NCBI RefSeq assembly: GCF_000006765.1 | Contig: NC_002516.2 | Source: Pseudomonas aeruginosa PAO1 | GTDB taxonomy: Bacteria; Pseudomonadota; Gammaproteobacteria; Pseudomonadales; Pseudomonadaceae | Length of the DNA: 64,000 nt | Strand: one strand, 5' to 3' | Shown: positions 62,908 to 64,000 of the stretch, piece by piece | Position numbering within the stretch: the first letter of the stretch is position 1 | Layout: each line of letters begins with the position of its first letter | The notes under the pieces: model-generated | Seen by the model: only the letters and a program-made list of their open reading frames with translations | Databases searched by the model: none | What the model was told of the DNA's origin: nothing | Position numbers and translations under genes: made by a program

Positions 62908-63470
62908 GCCTGGTACTCGCCGCGCTGGGTGAGCAGGTCGCGCACCAGGTACAGCGCGGCCAGGGCACGGCCTTCGCTGAACTGGGCGTGCTGGGCCAGG
63001 CTCGAGAGTTCGCGCAGGCTGATGCGATCGACGCTCATCGGCTCCGGCTCGTCGCCCGGCAGGCGCTCCTCGTAGAGGTCGCGCGCCAGCACCACCTGGA
63101 TGCGCTGGCTCATGTAGCCCGGCGACAGCGACAGTTCGGTGATGTGCTCCAGTTGCCGGGCACCGTAGCCCGCTTCCTCCTTGAGTTCGCGGTTGGCCGC
63201 CGCGAGGATGTCCTCGCCCGGCTCGACCAGGCCCTTGGGCAACGACAACTGGTATTCGTCGACTCCGGCGCAATATTCCTCCACCAGCACCGCGTGCTCG
63301 GCATCGAGCATGGCCACCACCATCACCGCACCGTAGCCCTGGCCCTTGCCGACCAGACGCTCGTAGGTGCGCTCGACGCCATTGCTGAAGCGCAGTTGCA
63401 ACTCCTCGACATCGAACAGTCGGCTCTTCGCGACGATCTCGCTGGCGAGTACGGTGGGTTTCTGACGCAT
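62904..63470 (-). CDS. nudE: ADP compounds hydrolase (Nudix)
   Basis: LRFSNGVERTYERL; Nudix box GLVEPGEDILAAANRELKEEAGY. Confidence 0.94.
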   Translation of the reverse strand: MRQKPTVLASEIVAKSRLFDVEELQLRFSNGVERTYERLVGKGQGYGAVMVVAMLDAEHAVLVEEYCAGVDEYQLSLPKGLVEPGEDILAAANRELKEEAGYGARQLEHITELSLSPGYMSQRIQVVLARDLYEERLPGDEPEPMSVDRISLRELSSLAQHAQFSEGRALAALYLVRDLLTQRGEYQA

Positions 63471-63595
63471 GTGGATAACTCCTTGGCGAAGCCGGCGGGT
63501 TATCATACCCCGGCTTTTCCGATTATCCCTGTCGGAGATTGATGGGAAGCGACAGATTTCCGCATCGATCGCGACGAACCGCGACAAGAGCCGCC

Positions 63596-64000
63596 ATGCC
63601 CACCCTGCCCTGGTCCGCCATCGACACCGTGCTGCTCGACATGGACGGCACCCTGCTCGACCTGCACTTCGACAACCACTTCTGGCTGGAACACCTGCCC
63701 CAGCGCTATGCCGAACGCAACGGCCTGAGTCGCACCGAAGCCGACGCCGTGCTCGAGCCGCTGTTCCGCGAACACGCCGGCCAGCTCAACTGGTACTGCC
63801 TGGATTTCTGGAGCCGGGAACTGGACCTGTCGATCCGCGAACTCAAGCACGAGGTGGCGCACCTGATCTCGCTGCGTCCGCACGCCGATACCTTCCTCGC
63901 CGCCCTGCGCCGGGCCGGCAAGCGCGTGGCGCTGATCACCAACGCGCACCGCGACTCGCTGTCGCTGAAGCTGGAACGGATCGAACTGGCGCCCTATTTC
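63596..64000 (+). CDS. yrfG: HAD-family GMP/IMP nucleotidase (partial, runs off the window)
   Basis: Manual translation gives MPTLPWSAIDTVLLDMDGTLLDLHFDNHFW...LNWYCLDFW...LITNAH. Confidence 0.9.
   Translation, partial: MPTLPWSAIDTVLLDMDGTLLDLHFDNHFWLEHLPQRYAERNGLSRTEADAVLEPLFREHAGQLNWYCLDFWSRELDLSIRELKHEVAHLISLRPHADTFLAALRRAGKRVALITNAHRDSLSLKLERIELAPYF

Overview
GC-rich (about 67%) core-genome segment of Pseudomonas aeruginosa. Gene order and protein sequences match, from recall, the PAO1 block PA5118-PA5177: thiI', glnA, ntrBC, nrsZ, trmL, secB-grxC, gpmI, envC-ctpA, three orphan solute-binding proteins, hisBHAF, asmA-mutY-yggX, tRNA-Phe, a polar amino-acid ABC transporter, marR-opmG-emrAB, tRNA-Thr, rmlBDAC, dctBD-dctPQM, arcDABC, fabY, cysQ-nudE and yrfG'. 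I see no prophage, integrase, transposase, CRISPR-cas or defence island, and both tRNAs appear empty. The unexplained signal is non-coding. (1) A ~200-bp intergenic element (38821-39029) has paired DnaA boxes at both ends bracketing a perfect Fis consensus and a perfect IHF consensus, i.e. a DARS2/datA-like architecture; a degenerate sister copy lies upstream of nrsZ. (2) A second sigma54 promoter downstream of dctM copies the spacing of the dctP promoter, including its DctD-type upstream sites, and appears to drive a ~190-nt non-coding transcript. (3) A perfect ANR box lies ~200 bp upstream of the known arcD ANR box. Locus tags and literature names are recalled, not looked up; the motif sequences were read directly and coordinates counted by hand.
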